Assembly: GCF_006345805.1 (NCBI RefSeq) | Contig: NC_043001.1 | Coordinates: forward strand, 62,620,001-62,684,000 | Direction: 5' to 3' | DNA length: 64,000 bases | DNA from: Octopus sinensis | Taxonomy: Eukaryota | In this document: positions 49,161 to 60,468 of the stretch, in pieces | Layout: each line of letters begins with the position of its first letter | Position numbering within the stretch: the stretch's first letter is position 1 | Made by a program: the position numbers and the translations under genes | Notes under the pieces: generated by a model | Databases searched by the model: none | Told to the model about the DNA's origin: nothing | Seen by the model: the letters and a program-made list of their open reading frames with translations, nothing else

Positions 49161-49588
49161 CTAGTCTTCATTGTAATCTTCATACCTATCCTCCAAAGGA
49201 TGATCTGGAGGTAAAGACTGAGTATTAGATGGTGATGGTCCTTGGCCGCCATTTGACATATAGTGAGCATTTTGTTCACTTGGTACTCCAGCCATACCCA
49301 TTTGCGAGTAATTTGGGTGAATATCATATCCAGGATCAATAGGTTCTTGCTTGATTTCTCTATGTATCATTGCTTCATCATCATATGCAGGAACTGGTGG
49401 TGGTGGTACTGATTCAGCATTAGGTTCAAGCTTTTCTCCAGCTCTTCCTCTTTCTCTGGACCTGCGACGCTCTCGACTGCGGCTTCTCCGACTACCTCTA
49501 CTCTTGCGCTCCCTGGATCTGCTCCGCCGCCGGTCTCGTGACCGACTACGTCTTCGTTTACGTTCTTTTATGCGAATATCTTCTTCTC
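49161..49588 (-). CDS. SNRNP70: U1 snRNP 70 kDa, last coding exon (RS/RD-rich region and C-terminus)
   Basis: Acceptor tttactctag|GAGAAG, phase 1; GEEDIRIKERKRRRSRSRDRRRSRSRE..YEDYNED*; frame consistent with upstream exons. Confidence 0.88.
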
Positions 49589-49737
49589 CTAGAGTAAACA
49601 TTAAAAGAAAAAAAGTTCAAGCAACATTTTTTGCATATATAAAAAAAAGCAAAAAAGCAGCAATATGAATTTGTCATTGGTTTTGACAAATTTTCCAGTT
49701 TAATCAACTGGACCACCTTCTGATTCAATTACTAAGT

Positions 49738-49890
49738 CATCATCATTTAACGTCCATTTTTCATGCAGTTTGACAGGAGCTGGTCAGCTGAAGAACTGCC
49801 TGGGATCCATGTCTGTTTTGGCATGGTTTCCATGGCTGGATGCTCTTCCTAATGCCAACCACTTTACAGAAGGTACTGGGTGATTTTAAG
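49738..49890 (-). mobile_element. Degenerate RTE tail inside a SNRNP70 intron
   Basis: CATCATCATTTAACGTCCATTTT..GCTGGATGCTCTTCCTAATGCCAACCAC. Confidence 0.7.
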
Positions 49891-50228
49891 CAGTATCAGC
49901 ATACATACTTTTTATGTATTTACAGCACCCACAAGCCCTCAAGATTAGGATCACTCAGCTGAAGAGGGATGCAGGGAACATGCCTGCATGCAAAAACAAC
50001 CACTTAGCTTGACATCTTTTCAAGTACAGCAAGCCACCAGAAATCTAGGTCCTTTGTCATCTCATCTGAGCAATATTTAATACAGAATAGACACTTTTAC
50101 CCTTAATGTAATTCTTAGGCAGAATCAGCACGAGGGTGGATTTTTTAATAACATGTACAGTCTATCTGACAGGCTTCCAACATATCATTGACCTAATTTT
50201 ATGCACATACATACATATAAGCACATAC

Positions 50229-50458
50229 CTTCAGATACTTTTTCTTCTCTATCTCTACTCCTTCTACGATCACGGCTGCGGCTTCGAAGACGGCCTCCTC
50301 TTTCTCTACTCCTACTCCTCCTCCTCTCTCTACTTCTGCTCCTACGTCTACCAGCCCCACCACCACTGCCACCAATACCAGCACCACCACCAGCACCTCC
50401 AGCACGATCTCTTTCTCGGCTGCGAGATCTTTCTCGACCAGTGCGTTCATCTCGGTAA
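50229..50458 (-). CDS. SNRNP70: U1-70K exon (230 nt; RS repeats and Gly-rich insert)
   Basis: ttcatag|TTAC..GAAG|gtatgt; YRDERTGRERSRSRERDRAGGAGGGAGIGGSGGGAGRRRSRSRE.. Confidence 0.88.
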
Positions 50459-50742
50459 CTATGAACATGAAAGAGAAAAGAAATAAATTTTCAGACTTAT
50501 GCAAAAAATAAATAAATCTCATCAAAACCCAAAGTTCTGTAAAGTAGAATAATTTGACCATAAAATTGTATGAAAATGTATTATAATACACCAGTTCAAA
50601 TAGATGTAATTTTAAGTGATAAAAAGTTACATTACATGGTAATTATACAGCTAACAAAATTTAGGACATAACTTTGTAACTATGTCACCAGAAAATTCAA
50701 CAGGAGTGACAAAGAAAAAAATTATGAACAAATACAACTCAC

Positions 50743-50830
50743 CCATCTCGACCAGGATTAAACTCATCTCTACCAGAAAACCTTGTATTTTCTTCTGGCC
50801 CACCTTTTCTGGTACCACCTAGGCCACCAC
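50743..50830 (-). CDS. SNRNP70: U1-70K exon (88 nt)
   Basis: gctgtag|GTGG..ATGG|gtgagt; GGGLGGTRKGGPEENTRFSGRDE. Confidence 0.95.
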
Positions 50831-50920
50831 CTACAGCATATTGAAAATGAAAAGGGAAAATTAATTTCATGAACCGATATAAAACAGTGTGATCTGCTCT
50901 CTAAATAAAATTATACGAAC

Positions 50921-51022
50921 CTAGTCGACGTGGCCGCCATCCTTTAACTGTACGTCCCCTTTCAACATCAACAAGTACTCTGCGCCCATCAATCTTTCTA
51001 CCATCAGCATGTTTGTAAGCAG
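50921..51022 (-). CDS. SNRNP70: U1-70K exon (102 nt; RRM C-terminal half, vertebrate exon 8 equivalent)
   Basis: ttcaccag|CTGC..CTAG|gttcgt; [35 protein letters not shown], almost identical to the known U1-70K sequence. Confidence 0.97.
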   Translation of the reverse strand: MLTNMLMVERLMGAEYLLMLKGDVQLKDGGHVD

Positions 51023-52866
51023 CTGGTGAAATGAATAAATTAATAGCACTATTATTGAAAACAACAAAGTCCTAGCACTTAAATAGCTAGGTGTGTAGGG
51101 ATTCATGCAAAATGAAATGGAGGTATGTATTTTTACAGCTTCTGTGATAGTCTGCATCCAATAATGGTCACAGTAAATAGCCAAACCAGATCAATGCAAT
51201 ACAATAGAATACAAGAAGTAGTAAATCTGGTAGAACTGTTGGTTACTAAAATTTTCACAAATGTAGCTTCATGAAATATTAACAGAACTTTTAAGGAAAC
51301 CAAAGCAAAACTATTAATAGTAGATATATAAGTTCAAGAGTTAACATGTATAGATCAGAGAGAAAAACTGAAAACCTCTGATATATTTAATCCAAAAAGT
51401 TAAAACCTAACACTGCCATAAAGATAAAAAAAAAAAACAAACTACATCTTAGAAGCTGTAAAATTTAGGTATTCTAAGAAAATATACTTACCAATGCACA
51501 CAATTTCTAACACAAAACATAAAATCTCATATAATGAAAAGTATAATTGCTTCCTGAGGTAGAGGAGAAATAACTAAATACTAGTACTCAAAGAAATGAC
51601 AGAGCTAAGATTTAAAACAAAACTAGATTTCTCAAATAACCAAGCATAAAAACCAAATGATTACCCTTCATAACATTAAACTCAAACAATGAAGCTTAAT
51701 CCATCAAATTTATTAAAACAGTCAAAACTACAAAAAAACCTAATCAACTGTTAGGACGACTGATGAAAACATCAAATATTGTTTCAGAGTAAAGAAATAA
51801 AGATAAATATATGAAAACTATCAGTGATAAAACAAATAATGCCCAACTTAAGAACGCTTTAAAATCTCAAAGAAAGAATGCATACAGCTTCAGAAGCCCC
51901 AATTACTTACCTTCTGTATGCACATTTTACTTTTAACTTAATGAATCAATAAACTACATGCACTGATTTACATAAAGAAAACAGTAATTATAAAAAGTTT
52001 TTCACTTACGGCACTAAAAAATGTGATAGAAGAGGGTCCCTTCCCTAAATGGATTTTGAGAGATTGGCAATGGTGACTCATCATGCATAAATGGCCATTT
52101 CTGCAGTCTATTTCCATTTTCCATAGTTTGAGAACTTACCTGACTTACCTGGAAGCTACCATAAAAATGAACATCTACATATATTCACAACACACAAACC
52201 TAGTTTTGGTATAACCACCTATATAATTTGGCTCCAACTAGCTTATTAATCAAACCCAAAAAATACTTTACAAAAGAAACAATTACTTTATCAAAATGAA
52301 TGATTTGAAACAGCCAAATCTCCACAATCACACAGACCTTGAAGAACATGTTTCAGATGTTACCCTTTTTATGGTGCTTCAGATTAATCAGTACAGTTTT
52401 TTTTTTAGCTAGCTACAAAATATCATGAAATTAGCTTTTTAAAAGCATCTAAGATTTCAGTTACTATGTATTTTCTACATTATGTACTTGCTTTCAGATT
52501 CTGTAAAGTCTAATAAAAAGTTTCAGTTGAAGTCTTTAATCTTGAGTGGATTGTCTTACAACAATCACCCCAAAAAAAAAAAAAAAATGAAGGAAAAAAA
52601 AAAATCAAAACAAAAGTTTTAATCTCTAAATTATCCTAGTGTTAGAAATTACAGAAATTTGAAATCCTTTTGATTACAGAATATGCAAAGCATAATAACA
52701 AGCTCTACAAAATCTCAAGTAGAAAATCTATATAAGGCGTGAAGTACAATTACTTTAACTCATTAAATTATCAAAATTCTATGTATTCAGATATAAAACC
52801 TATTTCTAAGCAATTTTTTTTGTCTTAACACTTTTTTTTAATGTATTTTTTAACCCAAGAGCTTAC

Positions 52867-52966
52867 CCAATATACAAACCTATTAACTGGACACCATATT
52901 TTTGATCAAGCAACTTTGGATTTGTTAGGGCAACATAGTGCGCATGGGCCCACAACGTTCACCACT
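52867..52966 (-). other. SNRNP70: Candidate poison cassette exon A (100 nt)
   Basis: Branch point TGCTAAC, pyrimidine tract and CTACAG acceptor; donor TGG|GTAAGC; splicing to the upstream exon creates T|AG stop. Confidence 0.6.
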
Positions 52967-53100
52967 CTGTAGGAAAAATAATAGAGAAACAGGTTAGCAG
53001 GCGGGAAACAAATCGCTCTGCACCAAACCATGTTACTCGGACTCTAATCTTATTGGAAGCTAGAAGTATCAGTCAATTCAGGTACAAAATAAAAACTTAC

Positions 53101-53157
53101 CTGAACCAAACTGACATTGTGAAAGTCTCAGTGCTCACGAAGCTCAATTTTTGAAAG
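53101..53157 (-). other. SNRNP70: Candidate poison cassette exon B (57 nt)
   Basis: gctgttag| acceptor, CAG|GTAAGT donor; reads (T)CT TTC AAA AAT TGA in frame. Confidence 0.45.
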
Positions 53158-54668
53158 CTAACAGCAATAGCTTAAAGGCATATGACTTAATATCCCAAAA
53201 GAATATTTGACACTGGATTGATTATAGCAATGTAGAAAACAGTCTACCTAAAAATATATTGAAAGGTTTCTTTCAAAAGAATTCCAATAATCTAAAAGGA
53301 AAAAAAATCTAACAATTTGAAACCCATCAGAATTAACAAAGTTATGTAACTTAAATTTAATTAAGAGAAAAGAAAGACTAATTGGGTTAAAAGACACTTT
53401 TTCTATTAGAAATTTCATAGGCAACAAAATAGACCAAAATGTATCACTGACTCCCATGGCTTTGTACTAAGTGAATTTTGAGCAACTCCAAAGTAATCTT
53501 TGCAACAACTACAATAAGCTCTCTTCACCAAATCAAAAATGGCAAATTCTTTAGATTAACTGAATCTAAATAGAATGCATGAACTGTTTGGGAGCTAATT
53601 AATTTCCCATTGTATAACTTCATCTACAACCAATTTATATTTAACATTTAAGCCACATATGCCAATAGTTTTGGATTATTGTTTTAATGCATATAGGTAT
53701 ATAATTTGTTCTACCCCATACTAATCCACTCTCCATATCTTAAAAATGCACATCCAATTCATTTCAGACTTGTTCAAAGCATTTGAAATGCAAGCAATAA
53801 CAATGTAGTAGAGAGATACCTGAAAAGGATCAAATTCATTGCACAATCAATGTTAAGTTCTCTACAAAACTGCAAGCATTCCAGTGTCAAAGTTTAGAAT
53901 GAGAAGAGGCAGTTTTTTTCCTGATAATACAAGCAAAAATAATGGGAGAAAAGTCATTTCCAAAATTAATAAATAGTGCTTGTTAACCTGGACATTTCAC
54001 AGAAATGATTTAACTGTAGAAAGCTACAACCTAACACAGTACCAGATAAAGGAGTGAAATGTTGAAATATTTTGCATGTGAAAAAATACAAATATTTCAA
54101 AAAATAAATTACCTGCGAACTCAGATTCACCATATATGCATTTAAACACTTGAGTCACTGTGGAAAGATTTGGATCTTACCTCACAAATGTCCTGTCACC
54201 TTGCAGGAAAATTTGCACCTTACCTCACAAATCACCTGTCACTTTTTTGTTTTTGTTTTTGTTTTGCTAATGAGTGGATTCAATTTACCTTCAATACATT
54301 ACAAAATACTTCACTTGTATGTCTTTTTTTTTCACTAGAAAGTGAAGTCTACGAACCTTACAGAACAAAAAAGGTTTAGCACCAGAAATGACAAGTAGTT
54401 GGAAGAAAACGACAGTACTAACATTTAAAATAAATATAAACTGAATTTGGGGTAACAAAATATGAGGAGGAACATATACTTGCCAGAAATAACACCAACA
54501 ATTTATGTAATTTCCCTTTAAAATTGCATTCAATTAACCCTTTGTGTACTTAAAAATGCATAAGTTTATTGAATAAAGAGAATAAACAGATCCAGCCTAA
54601 CAAGTAAAGCAAAAAAGCTAAATGCTACACCTAAAAGACAAAGTGAAGAGAAGGCAATGACTACTTAC

Positions 54669-54750
54669 AGTGCATGTCCCTCTCATGTTCATATTCAATG
54701 AAAGCATATCCACGCATTTTAACACTTTTAACATCATTGACCATGCGGAT
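54669..54750 (-). CDS. SNRNP70: U1-70K exon (82 nt; RNP1, vertebrate exon 7 equivalent)
   Basis: tttatag|ATCC..CACT|gtaagt; IRMVNDVKSVKMRGYAFIEYEHERDMH. Confidence 0.97.
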
Positions 54751-55232
54751 CTATAAAAAACATCAATCAAAAATACATTTTAAATTTGAAGCAGATTAAA
54801 TAGAAACAATCACACAAAACCAATGTGAATTTAATTTCACCGTTATTTAGCAAGTATATGTTAACATGTCAAATCTTAACCTTCACCCGGGCAGCTCCCG
54901 TCAAACCATCCAACCCATGCCAGCATGGAAAATGTTAAACGATGATTTATATAATTAAAGATATACATACATATATAAATATTTAAGTCACACTATATGG
55001 ATTCAAGTAATCTGGTAGTACTCACAAAAAAAAAAAAAAAGATCCATAATCTATCATTCTACAAAACATAGAATATATAGTGCAGTACAACAGAAAACAA
55101 TAAGAAATGTATGAAGTTACGACACAGAAATAGTATGATGAACATCTATTTAACTATAAGAAAATTGAAATATGATGACAAATTGTCTCATAACTTTAGG
55201 CATGTAAAGATAATTCATATTATTATAATTAA

Positions 55233-55570
55233 TTCTTTTATTTGTTTCAGTCATTTGATTGCAGCCATGTTGGAGAACTGCCTGAAAAGTTTTAGTTGAA
55301 TAAATCAACACCAGGACCTATTTTTTTAAAGCCTTAGTACCTATCCTATTGGTCTATTTTGCCGAACTGATACATAAACATACCAACAACTGTTCTCAAG
55401 TGGTGATGGAGAGAAAAACACAGACACACAAACGGGTTTCTTTCAGTTTCCTTTCGCCAAATCCATTCACAAGGCTTTGGTCAGCCTGCAGCTATCGTAG
55501 AAGACACTCACTCAAGGTGCCATGATGTGTTTGGGAAACAAGCTTCTTCTCACACACCCATGCCTGTGCC
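55233..55570 (-). mobile_element. Two adjacent SINE fragments
   Basis: 55233-55400 matches the 45905 family; 55430-55570 is the reverse complement of the 6876 SINE family. Confidence 0.6.
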
Positions 55571-55689
55571 TATGATAAATAAATTACATGTCTGCATCAA
55601 TGCAAAATATCTTTTGAAAAACAACAAGAATGTAGCTTAATTTCGGTATTGTTTTGAACAACTTTTTTGTATTTTGCATCAATGTAGAC

Positions 55690-56150
55690 ATCTATAAGAA
55701 GGTACCCAAAAAACCCCAGAATTTTGAAATATTTACTTAGTTTTACATGTTTGCACTATTGCCTTCAAAACATTCTTCATTTGAAGCAATGCATCAGTCC
55801 AAATGAGTTTTTCCACTGTTCAAAGCAGTCCTGGAACTCTTGCCTTTTAAGCCTTTGTTGTATTTTTCTTCACCAGTGATAACCTTTAAAAAAACGTCCG
55901 AATTGACAGTCACACCAAACAAGGTTGGTCGACAAGTGACTATTCCTAAAGCACGAAAACCACTTGTAAACTTGTTTTGCTCATGGCAGCATCCTTGTAA
56001 GCTGTTTGAAGCTTGACAACTGTTTCGGATGCTATTTGCTCCAACAGAAAATAGGATTTCACAGAAGCACACTGTTCCTTTCTTTCAGCCATTGCAAAAA
56101 TCAACAATCAGGGAAGAAACACTGCAAACCAAAGACGTACTATATGACAG
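55690..56150 (-). mobile_element. Internally deleted mariner element
   Basis: Minus-strand MAERKEQCASVKSYFLL..TAYKDAAMSKT/QVYKWFSCF (N-terminal HTH) joined to QEFQDCFEQWK (C-terminus). Confidence 0.7.
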
Positions 56151-56474
56151 TATGACCCCACTTGGCAGACTGATGCCTAAGGGCTCCATCAAGTGACACC
56201 CTAGTAGCGGAAGCCTGAACTACAATGGGCCTGTTCCACAGAACGTTTCTGGTTATTTTTGGATACCTCCTCATATATACACATACACACATACCATATT
56301 TATTAAATGTTTTGAACTGATGGGTATATGTTAATTAGTGTGTTGAAGTGCTGAGTAAGAGCACTGGCACAGTTTGGGCTACATGGTGTCATCCGCAGTG
56401 TTAGTTGAGCCAATGAGAATTGATTGAGAACAAGATAAAGATTAATTCCAAATCCATCTTCTGGTTACTTATCA

Positions 56475-56559
<85 letters not shown>

Positions 56560-57234
56560 ACGCCACAAAAATCTACAACCAATCAAAACTTGTTCCTATG
56601 TACAGGGAGGGAACCAACTAACTAACCAAAACACTAATGCCAAAATGAAATCTATTTTTTGACTAAAAACATCCACTAGAAAGAATAAGATGTCATCAAA
56701 ATTATAACCAATCAAAAATTAAATCTTTTCACGCAAAAACTTATACACACAACATATTTGTTCTCCCAAAACACCATTAATAGCAAAGAGCCCAGTATGC
56801 AATGAAAAAGAACTACAGGCATGACAACATAAACTGTGAAAAAAGACTATTTTCATTCTTTCCTGTTTCTTCTCACTCTGGTTCAACTATTCTATAAAAC
56901 CTCAACTGAACTTTCAGTAATGTACATTTGTGATATTCTTTGCCAAATATCTACTGATATTATCTACCTCTGTGAAACTCATCGAACTTTATGTGAACAT
57001 TTGATCATTTAAACATGTTTGTTCAATTTCTACCTTATAATTTAAACTGTTAAAATCCCCATCTTATATATATTTTGTACCATTAATAGACAAAAAGTTG
57101 TTGAAAGTAGTCTGGGATGTTTGTTAAATATATTTAAAAACAACTCCATGGATTTCAAATTCAGGTGCATTTTCAAACAACAAAAACAAATTCTATATTT
57201 TTTCCAGCACACACACACAAATATATAATACACA

Positions 57235-57835
57235 TACCCGGCAGGACAAGTGAGTCCATCCCGTGTCCTTTGCCAGGGATGTAGCCAGCCCACTTATGCA
57301 TGCCTTTCCTTCCTTGGACACACGAAGATCTGTTGAGGCAAGTGAAGTCGAAAGTGAACCAATCCTATGACTGGCACCCGGCAGTTGCCAGTGCCGCTGG
57401 ACTGACTTCTGTGAAGGTGGCAAGTAAAGAAACACCGTTTCGACCCTGTGCTTGAGGAGACCTATTGAGTCAAGTACATCAACATCAAAAATTGATGGAA
57501 ATTGTAGCTGTGATCCCTGTGCCAGTGGCACGTAAAAAGCACTATCCGAACGTGGTCAATGCCAGCGCCGCCTTGACTGGCTTCTGTGCTGGTGGCACGT
57601 AAAAAGCACCAATCCGATCGTGGCTGTTGCCAGCCTTGTCTGGCACCTGTGCCTGTGGCACGTAAAAAGCACCCACTACACTCACTGAGTGGTTGGCGTT
57701 AGGAAGGGTATCCAGCTGTAGAAACACTGCCAGATCAGACTGGAGTCTGGTGCAGCCTTCTGGCTTCCCAGAACCCGGTTGAACTGTCCAACCCATGCTA
57801 GCAAGGAAAACGAATGTTAAACGATGATGATGACA
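57235..57835 (+). mobile_element. RTE 3' fragment
   Basis: 3' UTR monomers plus conserved tail and (GAT)n; a short scrap of the same tail at 54880-54948. Confidence 0.85.
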
Positions 57836-57989
57836 TTAGGTCATCCCATAAATAATGCATATATTTTCAATTGCATGAAAAAGTCGGAGAAGGACGAGAC
57901 GAAATACCTGCATCAACTTGCTATAAAAGCAGGTAGAAATTTTACCATGTACTTATTCTTAGTGCAGTTTGATTTTAACAGTTATTTTT

Positions 57990-58385
57990 TCAAAGCTATA
58001 ATGGAAGTAGCAAAGGAGCATATCTGGCATATTTTCTTTCTCAGTTCAATACAGGCAACAATGCAACGAAATGTGCAAGGAATATTAATGCAGTATATGG
58101 GAATCAGACAAGCATAAGCCAGTGTCAACGGTGTTTCCTGAAAATCTAAGCTGGAAACTACAACCTAGAAGATGAGCCTTGTCTTGGAAGATCTGTGGAG
58201 CTCAATGATGACACCCTGCAAACCCTGATGGAACAAAATCTCATTGTAACTGTTGAGGAACTAGAAGAGAAGACTGAATTTGGTCATTCAACCATTCATC
58301 GACACCTGCATACCATTGGAAAAGTCAGCAAATTGGGTCAATGGGGTCCTCACAAACATTCTGAATCTATTATTTACAGCTGACA
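57990..58385 (+). mobile_element. Mariner (Mos1/SETMAR-like) transposase fragment
   Basis: NLEDEP..GRSVELNDDTLQTLMEQN..TVEELEE..GHSTIHRHLHTIGKVSKLGQWGPH resembles the second HTH and WVPHEL motif. Confidence 0.8.
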
Positions 58386-59693
58386 GATATTTGTCTCCAT
58401 CATGTTGTTAACAACGTTACAGATGATATACTTGCCAGCCTTCATCAGGTGCCTTGGGGAAATTGCGAACCTGGGTTTGCATTCCTAAGGTATTTTTCAA
58501 TGTTGTTATTATTATTTAGGTCACTGCTTGGAATCGAACTCGGAATCTTGGGGTTTGTAGCCTATTGTAATGGGAAGAGCCCTTATGGTAGGAAAAAAAA
58601 TTAATGAAACTATTTTGAAATGAAAAGGCATATGATTTAAGGAAGATTTTGCTGCTGTTCCTAGCATGTTAACAGGTTGTCATGGAATGTGCTAGAAACA
58701 GCAGCTAAATCTTTAACTCACATGCCTTTTCGTCTCAAAAGTATTTTCATAAATATTTTTCATACAATAGATTTTTCTCACTGTTTTTAAGTGCTTAGTA
58801 GAAATAGCCATTTTTAATAGTTCATTAAAGTATTGAAATGGTGACACATACCATAATCCCATACCTACATCAATTGTGCCAAAACACAAGTTTCTGTGGT
58901 TGTAGTTTTGGATTTAGCTAGGTCTGAAAATAACTACAAAATCAACCATTTGTTAAATGTAACAAAATAGGCAACTATTAATTTGTGCAATTTGAAACTG
59001 ATTTTCACCTCACTTTCAAAGATATAACATCACAAATACAGTTACTTATTTAGGCAAATTTCAACGAATTCAATGACCATTCAAATTGTCATATTTCCTA
59101 AAATATTCCATCTAAATTTCACAAATGGGGTATCAAAATTTTTGTTTCTGGATGCACTTCAAGAAAAAGTACAGTAGAAATAACATCTAAATATCTTAAA
59201 AATTTCAGTGATACCTAGTCTAAGTCAATTATGTGCAATTAATAAATAGTCATGTCTTTCTCTCTGCCTCTTTTTATCTGTATATGTATATTTCTGAACC
59301 TGCACACATGTGCATGTATGCCTTCATTACTAAGTCAACAGTATCAAAATCATCAGTGTCCAAATAGCTGCACCCAGTCATCTTATTCTGCTTTAGAACA
59401 GAGTCCCAAGTATCAGGAAATAAGTCTCATTCAAAATATATTTTGGATGTGAAAGCTGCCATATATGTTGGTTTACAATATAAAAAAAAACAAAAAAAAA
59501 AAAAAAAAACTTGGGATGGGAATTGAACGACACAATCACTGTAACCTGGATGCCTTTGATTACATAACATTGAAGTAACTTTCCAACTGCCTAAGTGAGA
59601 AGTGAGAATCCTATTTACATGCTCACAATTGTAGAACCATCATGAACTATGAATATAATACTATTCAATATTTTTGAGATGAGGAATTATGTA

Positions 59694-59770
59694 CATTATT
59701 TACAATGGATGGATAGGTGTTTGTTGTGATAATAAATGTGAGGACACCTATCTGTCCATTGTAAATAATG
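59694..59770. other. 27-bp inverted repeat hairpin, 23-nt loop
   Basis: CATTATTTACAATGGATGGATAGGTGT / ACACCTATCTGTCCATTGTAAATAATG, 25/27 Watson-Crick pairs. Confidence 0.85.
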
Positions 59771-60405
59771 AACTATGAATATATTCATCTTAAAAACACA
59801 CAAGTGTTAAATTCACTAAATTATCAGGAGCAGTCTAAATTTGCATTGTACAACTGCAACCTGGTCACTAACTCGGTTCCACTGTAACTGCTTGACAGTC
59901 TTTAATAGCCAGTTTCTTAAAGCCCTTTGTTTTCATCATTATTTTTCTCATTCTTGTTTGCTAAGCAACATGGACTTGTATGTAGATTGCCCACAACCCT
60001 ATGATATTGGTCATTAGCTGGCTATCAGCAGATAGTTTCAGTTTACATTTTTTTTCAACACTATCAGCATTTCACCTATTTTCTTTTCTCCCTGCCTTCC
60101 TTGTAATCATTTTCTATACATACTTCCAGCTTGCAATCTGCTATTCATAAAACATAAGGTATGTATAAATACTTCTCTGAGATTTAAGTTTTTTCCTCTC
60201 ATCTCTTGAAGATTGATAAGATGTGAGCGACAGCAATTGCAGAAGCCCATTACTCATGCATTTGTTTATATATATATATCCTGCCCAGCTGATAAAGTAA
60301 TTATCACAGTAAGCCAAAATAGAATATATAAAAGTCCTACAAATGCACAAAGTAATGTCAAAATTAAAAAATCCAAATATATAATTGAGATTTAATAACA
60401 CTTAC

Positions 60406-60468
60406 CCTTCGTATAGGACCAAACACTTCAAACTCTCGTCGTAGTTTTGATTCACTTGTGTCATAATT
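60406..60468 (-). CDS. SNRNP70: U1-70K exon (63 nt; RRM N-terminal part, vertebrate exon 6 equivalent); upstream exons not found in this window
   Basis: tatttcag|AATT..AAGG|gtaagt; [21 protein letters not shown]. Confidence 0.96.

Noticed and set aside
50136-50591. ORFs 50136..50486(+), 50201..50458(+), 50199..50591(-), 50921..51184(-)
   Set aside because: Alternative-frame or antisense shadows of SNRNP70 exons
52143-52165. Plus-strand ACTTACCTGG..TACCAT as a U1 snRNA gene or pseudogene
   Set aside because: No U1 stem-loops or Sm site follow; it is simply the complement of donor sites on the gene strand
4227-56662. Many ORFs rich in Y/I/C/V/H/T (for example 5095..5769, 14222..14777, 31061..31540, 40056..40358)
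   Set aside because: Translations of (TA)n/(CA)n/(TACATG)n microsatellites
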